Assembly: GCA_046292385.1 (NCBI GenBank)
Contig: JBKBRF010000004.1
Coordinates: 245,212 to 309,211 of the forward strand
From: Armatimonadota bacterium
Lineage (GTDB): Bacteria > Armatimonadota > SYMT01
Direction: 5' to 3'
DNA: 64,000 bases
Made by a program: the position numbers and the translations under genes. The notes beneath the pieces were generated by a model. The model did not search any database, was not told the origin of the DNA, and was given only the letters and a program-made list of their open reading frames with translations. Below are positions 18,947 to 30,596 of the stretch, piece after piece; positions within the stretch are counted from its first letter, which is position 1, and the number at the start of each line of letters is the position of its first letter.

Positions 18947-19294
18947 CTACGGGACGCGGCCGGACCACGACGAAAGCATGATCAGCAGCACCACTCCGAT
19001 GCCGATCACGATGGCGGCGACGACCCCCCAGACCTGCGCCTTGCGGCCCCACTGCTGATCTTCCGCGAAAGCGGTCGTCTGCTCCTCGACCACGGCCGGG
19101 TCGAGCGGCACCTCTTCGCCTCGCCTCACCGCCTCGGCGGCAGCTTCCAGCTCGGCGGGGGTCATGAAGCCGTCGGAGACGAGCATGTGGCGCGCGCGGT
19201 CCCGCGGCTCCTGCGGCAGGTGCCCGCACTCCCGGCAGGCGTGCCACGCGCCCGCCTTCCACGCCCCGCACCGGAGACAGACCGCACCGGACAT
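18947..19294 (-). CDS. Small zinc-ribbon protein with C-terminal TM anchor
   Basis: CLRCG...CRECG and a C-terminal hydrophobic helix. Confidence 0.65.
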   Translation of the reverse strand: MSGAVCLRCGAWKAGAWHACRECGHLPQEPRDRARHMLVSDGFMTPAELEAAAEAVRRGEEVPLDPAVVEEQTTAFAEDQQWGRKAQVWGVVAAIVIGIGVVLLIMLSSWSGRVP

Positions 19295-19367
19295 CGCACA
19301 CTCCTGCGCCGCGGAGTAACCGTCGGCGAGACGTAGATCGACCGCCGCCCGCTCCGCTACACCCCTA

Positions 19368-20948
19368 TTATGGCCGTGCCGGGCGGTAGCGGGGCCCCTC
19401 GGAGCGGGCTTCGCGGGTGCCGCTGCCGGCGAGGAAGTGGAGCAGACCCTGGGAGATGCCGGAAGCCACCTTCTCGCGGTAGTCCGGATCGGCCATCTTG
19501 CGGGCGGTAGGCGCGTGGCTGATGTAGCCGGTCTCGATCAGCACCGCGGGGCGCTTCGCGGTCCGCAGCACGTAGAAGCCGGAGCGGTAGCGGGTGTAGT
19601 CGGAGCGGACGCCCAGGTCGTAGGCGTCGATCACGTCCACCAGGTTCTCCTGGACGCGCTCCGCCAGCGACCGGCTGGGCGTGTGGTCGTGGTGGAAGTA
19701 GGTAGTGGTGCCGGAGATGGATGGGCGTCCCTCTATCGCGTCGCAGTGGATGCTCACCAGGATGTCGGACTCGGTGTTCCGGATCCAGGCGGCGCGCTGC
19801 GGCGGATCGAGCGTGCGATCCCCCTCGCGGGAGAGATGCACTTCGTGACCGAGCTCCCGCAGCTGCCGCGCCACCCGGAGGGTGACGTCGAGGGCGACTG
19901 TCTTCTCGTAGAGTCCGCCGGGGCCGACCGCGCCGGAGTCCCGTCCACCGTGGCCTGCGTCGAGGGCGATCACGTAACGCCGGACGGGTCGAGGAGGCGC
20001 GGTGCCCGGTGCGGGAGCTCCGGGGTAGATGAGCTGGGCGACTTGCTCCCCCGCGGGCGCGACCGCGCGGGGCTGCGTTCCCGAACGGAGATCGAGCACC
20101 ACGCGCGCGATGTCCGGGCCGCGGCTGTTCTGTCCCACGCGCACCTGGCGGACCGGGGTGCCGGCCAGCCCGGGGCGCGGTGTCTCCGGCATCGCGAGCA
20201 CCGCCCCACGCACGTCGAGGATGTAGCGCGGCGCGCCCGTGCCGACGAACGCCTCCGAGACCGTGACCGGGCCGGTGGTCTGCAGCTTGACGCGCACGCG
20301 GCTCCCAACCCTGACCAGCTCCACGCCGGTGAGCTGGACGCCCGGCTCCTCCGGGCGAGGCTTCGGCTCGGGCCGCAGAGGGGGTGCCGGGCGTACCGGG
20401 GTGGGGGTGGGGACCGTCGGCTCCGGCCGCGTCGGCGTCACCGGCTCCGGCTCCGGTCCCGGCTCCGGCTTCGGCTCCGGCCGCACCGGCGGCGTCGGCT
20501 CCGGCTTGGGCTCCGGGGCGGCGGAGCCGGGAGCGCCGCCGATCTCGAGCACCAGGTCGCGCGCCCCGGCCGGAGAGACGAGCCGCGCGCCGAGCGGGCG
20601 CGCCACCTGCAGCTCGATCCGCACTCCCTGGGCGCTGCGAGACGAGCGCAGCGAGACGATGCCTCCGGCGTCGACCGGCAGCTCCGGCGGCAGCGAGCGG
20701 CTGGCGGCGCCGGGCAGCTCCACCACGATCTGCCCTTTCTCCACCCGAATGCGCGGCGTGAGCGCGCCGGAGCAGCGGAGGGTGATACGGGAGGCGCTCT
20801 CCCCCGGCTCGATCGTGACCCCCAGCACCTGGACGCGGGTGGATGCGGTCTGGGCCCAGCCAGGCCTGGGGCAAGCGCCGCCTCCCGCGAGGAGACAGCA
20901 AGCGGTAAGCGCGAGCAGGCGGTAGTGCGGGAAAGCTTGGAACGGCAT
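19368..20948 (-). CDS. N-acetylmuramoyl-L-alanine amidase (Amidase_3) with two AMIN-like domains
   Basis: IALDAGHGGRDSGA, EK, VSIHCD and AVLIETGYIS motifs; AMIN-like VRVGQ...ARVVLDL; PEP-rich linker. Confidence 0.9.
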   Translation of the reverse strand: MPFQAFPHYRLLALTACCLLAGGGACPRPGWAQTASTRVQVLGVTIEPGESASRITLRCSGALTPRIRVEKGQIVVELPGAASRSLPPELPVDAGGIVSLRSSRSAQGVRIELQVARPLGARLVSPAGARDLVLEIGGAPGSAAPEPKPEPTPPVRPEPKPEPGPEPEPVTPTRPEPTVPTPTPVRPAPPLRPEPKPRPEEPGVQLTGVELVRVGSRVRVKLQTTGPVTVSEAFVGTGAPRYILDVRGAVLAMPETPRPGLAGTPVRQVRVGQNSRGPDIARVVLDLRSGTQPRAVAPAGEQVAQLIYPGAPAPGTAPPRPVRRYVIALDAGHGGRDSGAVGPGGLYEKTVALDVTLRVARQLRELGHEVHLSREGDRTLDPPQRAAWIRNTESDILVSIHCDAIEGRPSISGTTTYFHHDHTPSRSLAERVQENLVDVIDAYDLGVRSDYTRYRSGFYVLRTAKRPAVLIETGYISHAPTARKMADPDYREKVASGISQGLLHFLAGSGTREARSEGPRYRPARP

Positions 20949-21021
20949 CGAGGGCTCCTGGGCGCAAACGGGCCGCCGCGTGGCGCAGCGGGCAATCCCG
21001 GGCGTGGCTCCCCAAGAAATG

Positions 21022-21076
21022 AAAAGCCGCCCGCGGCGTGGTCCGATCAAACGACCACGCCGCCGGACGGCGGGTT
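21022..21076 (-). terminator. Terminator downstream of tmRNA
   Basis: GCGGCGTGGTC...GACCACGCCGC stem followed by TTTT on the minus strand. Confidence 0.6.
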
Positions 21077-21078
21077 AG

Positions 21079-21431
21079 TGGAGGCGCCGGGAGTTGAACC
21101 CGGGTCCAAAGGGATGCAGCTTAGACTTCTACGAGCGTATCCGATGATTTAATCTCGCGCTGTGCCCCCCATCGGCAGGGTGCATGCTCGCGCCAGCCCG
21201 CTAATACGCGAAACGGCCCGCAGGCAAAACCGTTCCGGTGGCCAGGTTTATCATCGCCCTACGCCGCGCCCCTGGCCGGGCTCGGATCGGACGCGCTAGC
21301 CTAGATTAGGCAGCGAGAGCGTAGCTCTGAGTGTTGTTCGCGTTTATGCGTTTGCCGCTTTTTACGAGGCCAGCGGCGCCTCGGCTCGCAATCTAAACCC
21401 CAAGTCTCCTCTGTCGACACCCATCGCCCCC
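21079..21431 (-). ncRNA. ssrA: tmRNA, tag peptide (A)ANNTQSYALAA
   Basis: 5' GGGGGCG pairs with 3' CGCCTCC-A including the G3-U pair; T-arm CCGGGTTCAACTCCCGG; tag ORF GCG AAC AAC ACT CAG AGC TAC GCT CTC GCT GCC TAA at 21341-21306. Confidence 0.96.
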
Positions 21432-21450
21432 CAGTTGGGAACGTGGCCCC

Positions 21451-21479
21451 ATGGTACCCCGCCGATCGTGGTCTGTCAA
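21451..21479 (-). promoter_or_regulatory. Sigma70-type promoter of ssrA
   Basis: TTGACA-N17-TACCAT. Confidence 0.75.
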
Positions 21480-21697
21480 CGTTTTGCCAACACCGATTCT
21501 CGGCTGCTGATCCGGAATCTACACCCCAATCGCGGGCACCAGGGATAAGACCCGGAGGGTCCGTTCCGGTTCCATCCTGTTTCCGGGCGGCCATCCGGGA
21601 CCGGGTGCCGGCGGTCGTACGCGGGAGAGGGGTCCGCCTTTCGGGGACCCCTCTCCATTCGCTCGCCGTCACTGGGACGGCGTCTTCTCACGCTGCC

Positions 21698-22078
21698 CTA
21701 GCGGGGCATGGTCCCGCCCGGCATCGGCATCGTTCCACCCGGCATGGGAGCGGTGCCCGGTCCCGGCGGAGGGGCGATCATGCCAGGGCCGGGCATCGTA
21801 CCCCCCGGCGTCGGCATGGTACCGCCCGGCGTCGGCATGGTCGCCCCCGGAGTCGGCATCGTGCCGCCGGGAGTCGGCATGGCGCCGCCGGGCGCGGTGC
21901 CCGTGGTTGGCATCACCGCGGGGCCCATCGGCGCCCCGCCCGGTCCACCCATCGTCATGCCGCTGGTGATCGGCGGCGGGGGCGGGGGCGGCGAGAACGT
22001 TTTCCACCCCATGAAGATCGCTGCCACGATTCCGACGGCTGCGAGCGCCGCGGGAACCACCCACTTCGGAAGATCCAT
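21698..22078 (-). CDS. Small membrane-anchored Pro/Gly/Met-rich repeat protein
   Basis: N-terminal TM helix, PPPPPPP, then PGGTMPT-type heptapeptide repeats; AAGGAG upstream. Confidence 0.65.
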   Translation of the reverse strand: MDLPKWVVPAALAAVGIVAAIFMGWKTFSPPPPPPPITSGMTMGGPGGAPMGPAVMPTTGTAPGGAMPTPGGTMPTPGATMPTPGGTMPTPGGTMPGPGMIAPPPGPGTAPMPGGTMPMPGGTMPR

Positions 22079-22104
22079 CCTTCGCTAGCTCCTTTCGTGG
22101 GGGA

Positions 22105-22902
22105 TTAGTCCGTGTCCCAGGGATCGGCGCCGAACTGGTAGTGGCCGCCTGCGGCCTGCCCCCCACGGCTGTTGAACCACCAGTTGATGTCGTAGGCGGC
22201 GATCTGGTTGTTGCCGGAGACGAAGTTCACCTTCATCCACTTGGCGTGGCCGTCGTAGAACAGCGCGTTGGAGCCCTTGCTGCCGGTATTGGCGCCGTTC
22301 CAGGAGTACGGATCTGCGCCGCCCGCGTGCCAGTGCTCTTCCACGAGGTAGGCCAACTGCGCCGGTCGCTGGATCACCGCCTGCGTCACGTCTCCCACGA
22401 TGGACGCATGCGTGTCGTGAGCGTGGCGCTGGTAATAGGAGCCGCGCTCGTTCCCCGCGATCCACCGCCCGACCTTGTTATCACTCGGGCAGCGGAAGAT
22501 GCCCTCGTTCTTCGAGTATGGGTTGAGCCGCGCCGGATAGCCGGCGAGGACGCCGCGCACCGTGGCGGTGTTCGTTCCGGGCTGGTAGAGCCGGATTCCC
22601 CAGCAGGTGATGTGCGCCGCACCCAGGTAGGCGCCGGGGCTGCGGCCGATGGTGCTGCAGCCGCCTCCGTCCAGCGCGTCGAATGACTGGCGCGAGTCCG
22701 GGAAGGTCTCGTCGTAGTCCTGCGTGTACATCATGGCCGCGGTGCCGATCTGCTTCATGTTGCTCAGGCAGCTCGCCTTGCGAGCCGCCTCGCGGGCACG
22801 GGCGAAGACGGGGAAGAGAATAGCCGCCAGGATGGCGATGATGGCAATTACGACGAGGAGCTCTATGAGCGTAAATCCTCGCCTGTCTCGACGATGAAAC
22901 AT
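22105..22902 (-). CDS. Prepilin-type N-terminal cleavage/methylation protein (DUF1559-like, H-X9-DG family)
   Basis: [58 protein letters not shown]. Confidence 0.92.
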   Translation of the reverse strand: MFHRRDRRGFTLIELLVVIAIIAILAAILFPVFARAREAARKASCLSNMKQIGTAAMMYTQDYDETFPDSRQSFDALDGGGCSTIGRSPGAYLGAAHITCWGIRLYQPGTNTATVRGVLAGYPARLNPYSKNEGIFRCPSDNKVGRWIAGNERGSYYQRHAHDTHASIVGDVTQAVIQRPAQLAYLVEEHWHAGGADPYSWNGANTGSKGSNALFYDGHAKWMKVNFVSGNNQIAAYDINWWFNSRGGQAAGGHYQFGADPWDTD

Positions 22903-23070
22903 GACGCGTTCTCCAGAAAGCGGATCCCAACGATCCTACCGGGAGATTCACCGGCCACGCCGTTTTCCCTGCCCGCGCTGTGACTTTTTCGCGACATCCG
23001 GGGTGATTACCGCGCTTTGATTCGATAAACACTTTCTTAAGAACTCTGCTTCCGCGCCGCGAAGTGTATG

Positions 23071-26000
23071 CTATCGACCACTAACGACGCGGGTAGACGC
23101 TCCTCCCCGGCTGCTTCGCACCGTCACGCGATCGGGTCGAATTCGCACCTTGAAGCGGCCTCGATACTCGTTTTTCCGGACGTGCTTCAGCTTGCCGATC
23201 GCCTTTCCGGTGCGGGTGTCGTAGACGGTCAGCGCCGGCTTGCGCAGCCGCCGCGCGGCTGCGGCGAGCCCGTCCGCGGCGGTGCTGGTCGCCTCCACCG
23301 TGAGCTGCGCCCCGGAGTTGCTCGTGGCAGCGGTCTGCACGTCCACCTGGTCCTGCGCCTCACTCGGTAGGATGTCGATCCACGTGCCGAGCTCGTCGTC
23401 CCGAGTGTAGGCCCAGACGTCCGCGAAGGTCGGCTCGGCCACTCCCTGGGTCTGCGCCGTAAACCGGATGATGAACTCCCCTTCCGGAATTAACACGGAG
23501 GCGGGGAGGGCGAGAAGGTCCGGTTTATCGGTCTCCAGGTAGACGGTGAGCCCCTCTTCCGGAGCCGGACCGGAGAGGACGAGGGTGCCCTCCACATGGC
23601 TGCCGCCGACCACCGGATCCGGGGAAAGGAAGAGGTCCTCGAGCCAGACGGGCCAGACCCACAGAATGGCCGAGGCGCTCAATCCGTTGGCGGAGGCCGT
23701 GATCTCCACCTCGCGGTCTTCCGTCGGCGAGGCAGCGGTGACCGGGAAGCTCGCCGTGGTCTGTCCCGCGGGAACGGTGACCGAGCCCGGGACTCGCACC
23801 ACCGCGTGGCTCGACTGCAGCGCCACGCGCAGGCCTCCCGCCGGGGCGGGGCCGTTCAGCGAAACCGTCCCGCTGAAGCTCTCCCCACCGCCGGCGGCCC
23901 AGCGCTCCAGCTCCACCGACACCGGGCCGGGTGGGGCTACGGTCAACGGAGCGGTGTGCGACATGCCCCCGAGCGAGGCGGTGAGCACCACCTCCGTGAG
24001 CCGTTCCACAGCCCGGGTGGAGACGGTGAAGGCGACGCTGCGGAGGCCCGGCCGGACGGTGACGTTAGCCGGCACGGAAGCGGACGCGCTGCTGCTGGAG
24101 AGCTGAACGGTGACTCCCCCCGGTCCCGCGGGCTCCGGCAGCGTCACCACGCCGCCCGCGGGCGAGCCGCCGCCCACTCGCGCCGGCTGCACGGAGAGGA
24201 ACGGCAGCTCGGTGCCCGGCTCCGGCGCCGTCGCTACCGCATAGAGCCAGCTCGCCTCGCCCCGGACATACTGGTTGCCGGTCATCCCCACGTAGGCCGT
24301 CTCCGCGTCTGCGGAGAAGCGCGGGCGGGAGACAGGCAGCACCGGCGCTCCCGCTTCCATCGGCAGCGTGAGCCGCCACAGCGAGGTGCCGGCGATGCTG
24401 ACACCCGCCAGGAAGCACTCCGCCTCGAACACAGTCTGGCCGGGCACCACGAGCAGCGTGTTGAAGGGACTGACCTCCGGCGCGAAGGTGCGCGTCGGCA
24501 CCGGGAGCTCCCATCGCTGCCGGCGTGCTGAATCGAACGCCGCCAGCCGATCACTCTCGAGCGCGTAGACGGTTCCATCCGGCCCCGCCACCGGTGCCTG
24601 GCGCGCCGAGGAGAAGCTTCCACGCGCGGAGCCGTCTGGCCCGTACTCGGTAACCCGGCCGGTCTGGCCCGCGGGCGGGCTGGCCTGCACGTAGACGCTG
24701 CCGTCCGGAGAGATCGCGGCCTGCCCGACGCCGGGGCGCGACCACCGGAAGGTCCCGTCCAGCGTGTACGCCACCAGGGCGCTCTGGGAGCTGAAGTAGA
24801 GCTGATTCCCTGCGAAGACAATCTCCTGACCGTCTCCCCAGTAGGCGCCGCCGAAGTCCCGGAACCCCGGGCTGCTCCAGCGCAGCGCTCCCTGCGGGGA
24901 GACGCTGAAGAGGCCGAGCCCCTGGCCCGGGAGATCGCTTCCGACCGCGTAGATGTTGCCGTCCGGGCCGATGCTGGGACCGGCGAAGATGATTCCGTCG
25001 GTCGGCTCCTTCACGCGCCAGCGCTCCCGGCCGTCCGGACCCACGGAGATGAGCGTGCCGTACGCCGCCATGTAGACGGTGCCGTCCGACCCGACCGCCA
25101 GCGACTGCGCGCAGTGCGCGGGGGCGGCGGAGTAAATCCACTTCAGGGCGCCGTCCGGCGCCAGGGCATACAGGTGCCCGCGGTGGTCTCCCGCGTAGAG
25201 CGTGCCGTCCGGACCGACCGCCGGGCGGCTGTAGACCGCGGGGCCGTCCGCCTGGAAGCGCCAACGCACCCGGCCGTCGCTGGGTCGGGTCACCACCTCC
25301 AGCGGCAGCGCGGCGCCCTCGCCGCCCGCGGTCACGACGACCACCTCCGTCGAGCCGAGCGGTGCCGTCTCCGGCACGTAGGCGGTGATGCTGTTGTCGC
25401 TCCAGTGGGTGACCAGCGCCTCGGCGCTTCCGATTCGCACCACGCTGTTCTCCTGGTGGAAGCCGAAGCCTTCGCCGGTAATCTTGAGGCGCCCGGCGCG
25501 GGGTAGGACCGGGTCGGAGAGCTGGATGAGCCGCGGGACCGGCGTCACGCGACTGCCGTAGAGCGTCATCGACAGATCGGTGTGCATCTCCCCGTAGTAG
25601 AGCTGCCGGGTCCAACCCGGGTCCTCCGCCAGCAGGTCCCGGAACCAGGCCCCGCTGCCCCGCGGGGCGCCGCTGTTGGCGCTCCACCAGTACCAGCGCG
25701 CCTGGAAGACGGGGTCGATCACCGGCTGGACGGAGACGAAGTGGCGACCTTCCGCGGCGAACGGCGGCTCCAGCGCCACTCGGAACCGGTTGGGCACCGC
25801 GTGGTCTACTTCAAGGCCCGGTGCGCCCGCCTCCTGGAAATACTCCGCTTGCAGCGCGCCCGGCTTGCCGTCCGGCCCGAAGGCGTAAAACCGCACGTTC
25901 ACCCCATAGAACGGCGGGGGAAAGTTGGGGCTGCCAATGTGGCCGTTCAGGCCTCCGACGCTGATGGCGGTGACGGAGCCGGTCAAGTCAAAGTCGTCCG

Positions 26001-26166
26001 CCAGCTCGGACTCGATCGGCAGCAGCGGCTCCCTCGACACCTGGCTAGGGCCCCAGGTGTCGCGCCCGCCCTCCGTCTGCTGCCAGATCAGCGTTTCCGT
26101 GTCTCCACTCGCCGCTCCCGCGAGCGTCAGCACCAGCAGCAGTAGGAGCCAGAGTCGGTGGATCAT
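23071..26166 (-). CDS. Large secreted/surface protein: IPT/TIG, PQQ-type beta-propeller and three Ig-like repeats
   Basis: Signal peptide; ITGEGFG...WSDNSITAYVP (IPT); repeated PAVGPDGTLY...DG.LKW; repeated VGG..GTV.L..PAP.GG..V.L.S. Confidence 0.8.
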   Translation of the reverse strand: MIHRLWLLLLLVLTLAGAASGDTETLIWQQTEGGRDTWGPSQVSREPLLPIESELADDFDLTGSVTAISVGGLNGHIGSPNFPPPFYGVNVRFYAFGPDGKPGALQAEYFQEAGAPGLEVDHAVPNRFRVALEPPFAAEGRHFVSVQPVIDPVFQARWYWWSANSGAPRGSGAWFRDLLAEDPGWTRQLYYGEMHTDLSMTLYGSRVTPVPRLIQLSDPVLPRAGRLKITGEGFGFHQENSVVRIGSAEALVTHWSDNSITAYVPETAPLGSTEVVVVTAGGEGAALPLEVVTRPSDGRVRWRFQADGPAVYSRPAVGPDGTLYAGDHRGHLYALAPDGALKWIYSAAPAHCAQSLAVGSDGTVYMAAYGTLISVGPDGRERWRVKEPTDGIIFAGPSIGPDGNIYAVGSDLPGQGLGLFSVSPQGALRWSSPGFRDFGGAYWGDGQEIVFAGNQLYFSSQSALVAYTLDGTFRWSRPGVGQAAISPDGSVYVQASPPAGQTGRVTEYGPDGSARGSFSSARQAPVAGPDGTVYALESDRLAAFDSARRQRWELPVPTRTFAPEVSPFNTLLVVPGQTVFEAECFLAGVSIAGTSLWRLTLPMEAGAPVLPVSRPRFSADAETAYVGMTGNQYVRGEASWLYAVATAPEPGTELPFLSVQPARVGGGSPAGGVVTLPEPAGPGGVTVQLSSSSASASVPANVTVRPGLRSVAFTVSTRAVERLTEVVLTASLGGMSHTAPLTVAPPGPVSVELERWAAGGGESFSGTVSLNGPAPAGGLRVALQSSHAVVRVPGSVTVPAGQTTASFPVTAASPTEDREVEITASANGLSASAILWVWPVWLEDLFLSPDPVVGGSHVEGTLVLSGPAPEEGLTVYLETDKPDLLALPASVLIPEGEFIIRFTAQTQGVAEPTFADVWAYTRDDELGTWIDILPSEAQDQVDVQTAATSNSGAQLTVEATSTAADGLAAAARRLRKPALTVYDTRTGKAIGKLKHVRKNEYRGRFKVRIRPDRVTVRSSRGGASTRVVSGR

Positions 26167-26455
26167 GGAACGCTCCGGTACGGCAGAGGAGGGGCGGCGT
26201 GGGGACGCGCGCCCGCAGCAGGGAGAGGCAGCGAGTGACTCCCATCACTTAATAGCGGCAATCCCCGGAAGAAAATACGCTGCGCCGCACGGGAATTCCG
26301 CACGGGGTCGAGCGTTCGGATGGCGGACCGAGCGCCGCCCGGGTTGACGAGTCCGCCGGGACGAGGACTCGAAGCAGGGTCCCGACGGAAGGCGGCGAAA
26401 TCGATCTAATGTAAGCAGTGTCTGCTTCGATCCCGGACGAGCGAGGAGCAGCGAG

Positions 26456-27469
26456 GTGAGCGAACCGGATTTCATCATCGAGCCGGCGGAGCAGGTCTTC
26501 CGGATGCCGGCCTCCAGCACGCAGACCGCGGTGATGGCGAGTGTCGGCGGGATTGCGCTGCTTGTTCTCGCCGTGGCCGGGTTCTGCCTGGCTATCGTGA
26601 TTCGCGCCAACGTCGTCACGCAGCAGGTCCTGACGACGCTGCCGGCGCTGGCCGGGATCGGGGCACTCGCCACCGCGACGATGATCCGGCGAACTCCGCG
26701 CGAGGTGGGTGTCAGCGACGCCGGCTTGCGGATCGACACCCGGCAGCAAAGCCGTACCCATCCGTGGTCCGAGATCGGGTGGTCGATGATCGACGCGCCG
26801 CTCGGCCCCCGGCGCGTCCTGCGGGTTTTCGACGTGGAGGGGCGAGTGCTGGTTTCACTCAGCGAGAGCATCGAACGGTTCGACGCGCTGGCGGAGGCGC
26901 TCACCGGACGGATCGCGGCGAAGCGCGATGACACCGCGGAGCGGGTGCAGAGGACACAGGCCCGCAGGCGCGCGGTGTGGCTCGGCCTCGGTGGGGTCCT
27001 CTTCCTCGCGGTGTCGATCAGCCTCGCCTGGATGACCTCCCGGGAGATCCGCGCGGAGCGACTGCTCAAGACGGCCGCCGTGCCTGGGAAGGCACAGATC
27101 GAGCGCCGGTTCCTGGCGCCGAACGGCGTTACGCCCCGCCTGGTCTACCGAATCACGACGAAGGACGGGAAGTCCGCCAGCCGTAACGCGGAGGTGCTGC
27201 GCCCGATGTGGGACGCGCTGGAAGGCGCGGAGACGGTCGACGTGATCTATGTCCCCGGCGAGCCCGAGATCAGTCGACTCGCAGCCGGTGAGGCGCCGGA
27301 CCGCGACGCCTCCACCCAGCCCCTCGTCGGCTACGGCGTACCCGTGCTGGGCGGGCTCTTCAGCCTGTTCTTCCTGGGCGCGGCGGTGCTGGCGTGGCGC
27401 GGCCTCGACATCGACCTCGACTCGAAGACCGGCAAGCTCTCGATCAAGCGGTTCGGCACCGGGCGTTAG
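26456..27469 (+). CDS. Membrane protein (PH-like domain plus DUF3592-like domain)
   Basis: Four TM segments; G..I....HPWSEI PH-like stretch; LVYR...DG...VDVIYVPGEP. GAGG upstream of GTG. Confidence 0.6.
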   Translation: MSEPDFIIEPAEQVFRMPASSTQTAVMASVGGIALLVLAVAGFCLAIVIRANVVTQQVLTTLPALAGIGALATATMIRRTPREVGVSDAGLRIDTRQQSRTHPWSEIGWSMIDAPLGPRRVLRVFDVEGRVLVSLSESIERFDALAEALTGRIAAKRDDTAERVQRTQARRRAVWLGLGGVLFLAVSISLAWMTSREIRAERLLKTAAVPGKAQIERRFLAPNGVTPRLVYRITTKDGKSASRNAEVLRPMWDALEGAETVDVIYVPGEPEISRLAAGEAPDRDASTQPLVGYGVPVLGGLFSLFFLGAAVLAWRGLDIDLDSKTGKLSIKRFGTGR

Positions 27470-27519
27470 CTCCCCGCTGGATAGATCCCCGCTCCCAGCC
27501 CGGCATCACGTCGGTCTGG

Positions 27520-27882
27520 CTACTCGTGCCGGTGGACGGTGTCGGGCGAGAACGCCGGCAGGCAGACGGCGAGGTACTCCGCGCCGCCCTCGTCCGGGCT
27601 GCTGTACTGCACCCACTCTCCGGCCGACGCGATGATCGCCTCTCCCGCGCGCACCGCCGTGGTGCCGCCCGCGTGGGTAACCAGGAGCGTGCCGGCGAGT
27701 ACCACGGTGTACTCGTCGAACTCCGGGGTCTGCGCGGGCTCGGTCCAGCCGGCGGGGCTGCGCATCCGCGCGATGCTCACCTGCTCGGTGCCGGAATTGA
27801 CCCGGCCGATGAACTCCTCGATCACCTTAGGGACGTTGCCGGCGGCGGCGATACGGGTGGGGGAGGGGATGTGGCGGGGCAT
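27520..27882 (-). CDS. Cupin-domain protein
   Basis: EEFIGRVNS, GWTEPAQTPEFDEYTVVL.G, YLAVCLPAFSPDTVHR. Confidence 0.82.
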   Translation of the reverse strand: MPRHIPSPTRIAAAGNVPKVIEEFIGRVNSGTEQVSIARMRSPAGWTEPAQTPEFDEYTVVLAGTLLVTHAGGTTAVRAGEAIIASAGEWVQYSSPDEGGAEYLAVCLPAFSPDTVHRHE

Positions 27883-27897
27883 CTGAATCGTCTCCTG

Positions 27898-28932
27898 TCA
27901 TTCGGCGCCCCGCAGGGCGCGGTCGAGGTTCTCCGCGTAGCGCGCGAATCCGAGGGCGGAGGGATGGAGGCCGTCCGGGTAGAGGCGGGCGTCGCGCGGG
28001 GCGAGGCCGCCGACCACTTCCACCTCGGGGAAGCGCGATAGCCGCTCCTCCAGCTGCTGCCGGATCCGCGCCAGGCGGTCCGCGGCGGCCTGGTTCAGGA
28101 AGACCCCGGCAAAGTCGGGCGGGCCCTTGCCCTCCTCCAGCGGCTTGTATCCGGGCAGGAGCCAGACCACCCGCCCGGGCTCCCCGGCGAGCACCCGCCG
28201 AACGAGCTCCTCCGCCCGCTCGCCGGCGAGCTCCGCATCCGGCTCTCGCCAGGCGTGGTTGCTGCCGAGCCCAATCGTCACCAGCTCCCAGCGGTGCGAC
28301 CCGAGCGCCCAGTCGAGCGCCTCCGGCTCGACCTGGAGGCCGCCGACGCCGAGGTTCCAGACCGGGAGACCCCAGCGGCGGGAGAGACGATGGACCCAGT
28401 TCTGAGTAGGGCACTGCACGGAGAAGCCCTGCGTGAGGCTGTCCCCCAGGGCGAGCCACCGCGGCTCCGGAGGAGAGAGCGGCTCGACCGAGCTCCCGGG
28501 CACGACCGCGATCCCCCGCACCTCGCAGGTGGAGATCAGCGGCAGCCACAGGCGCACCGGGCGGAGGTCGCCTCGCTCCAGGCCGGTCGGCAGCGGCACC
28601 TGCACCGCTCCGGAGAGCTCCCGTAGGTCCGTGCTGGAGACCGTGAGGCAGGAGCCGTCCGGCTGCTCCACCTCCAACGCCACCCCCTGCGGGGTCGGCT
28701 GGTGATGCCGCAGCCGCTCCAGGTGCAGCTCCACCAGCGGGCTGTCGGTCTCAAAGAGCAGCGCGCAGCCGGCGGAGGAGCGGAGGTTGGCGGTCGGCCC
28801 GATCTGGCCCGCCAGGGCGTCGTACGCCGCCTGCGGAAACCGGGAGATGCGCACCGTCTCACCGGACCGGTCGACCGGCTGCGGCGCGAAGTAGGAGAGC
28901 CGCGGGTCGGCGGCGGGGATGAAGCTCAGCAT
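27898..28932 (-). CDS. SGNH/GDSL hydrolase
   Basis: LGDSLTQG, NLGVGG, GLGSN and DGLHP blocks. Confidence 0.85.
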   Translation of the reverse strand: MLSFIPAADPRLSYFAPQPVDRSGETVRISRFPQAAYDALAGQIGPTANLRSSAGCALLFETDSPLVELHLERLRHHQPTPQGVALEVEQPDGSCLTVSSTDLRELSGAVQVPLPTGLERGDLRPVRLWLPLISTCEVRGIAVVPGSSVEPLSPPEPRWLALGDSLTQGFSVQCPTQNWVHRLSRRWGLPVWNLGVGGLQVEPEALDWALGSHRWELVTIGLGSNHAWREPDAELAGERAEELVRRVLAGEPGRVVWLLPGYKPLEEGKGPPDFAGVFLNQAAADRLARIRQQLEERLSRFPEVEVVGGLAPRDARLYPDGLHPSALGFARYAENLDRALRGAE

Positions 28933-29022
28933 GACCGTCGAAGCCAGGTACTCCGGGCTGGAAGACCAGCGCCCCCGACCAGTGGCTGATCGGGGGCGCT
29001 CCACTATCCGGTCACTGCCGCT

Positions 29023-30525
<1,503 letters not shown>

Positions 30526-30596
30526 CAGGATCTCCTTGGGCGTGCGTGCAAAGCCGGTGCGAACGGCTGAGAAAGCGATGTAACGAGATAGAAGTG

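Noticed and set aside
21000..21700. Genomic island integrated at tmRNA or at tRNA-His (38648-38720)
   Set aside because: No integrase and no duplicated 3' end seen near either gene.
30526..30596. SAH/SAM riboswitch upstream of ahcY
   Set aside because: The spacer is short and lacks recognisable riboswitch consensus; regulation is explained by the SahR-type gene.
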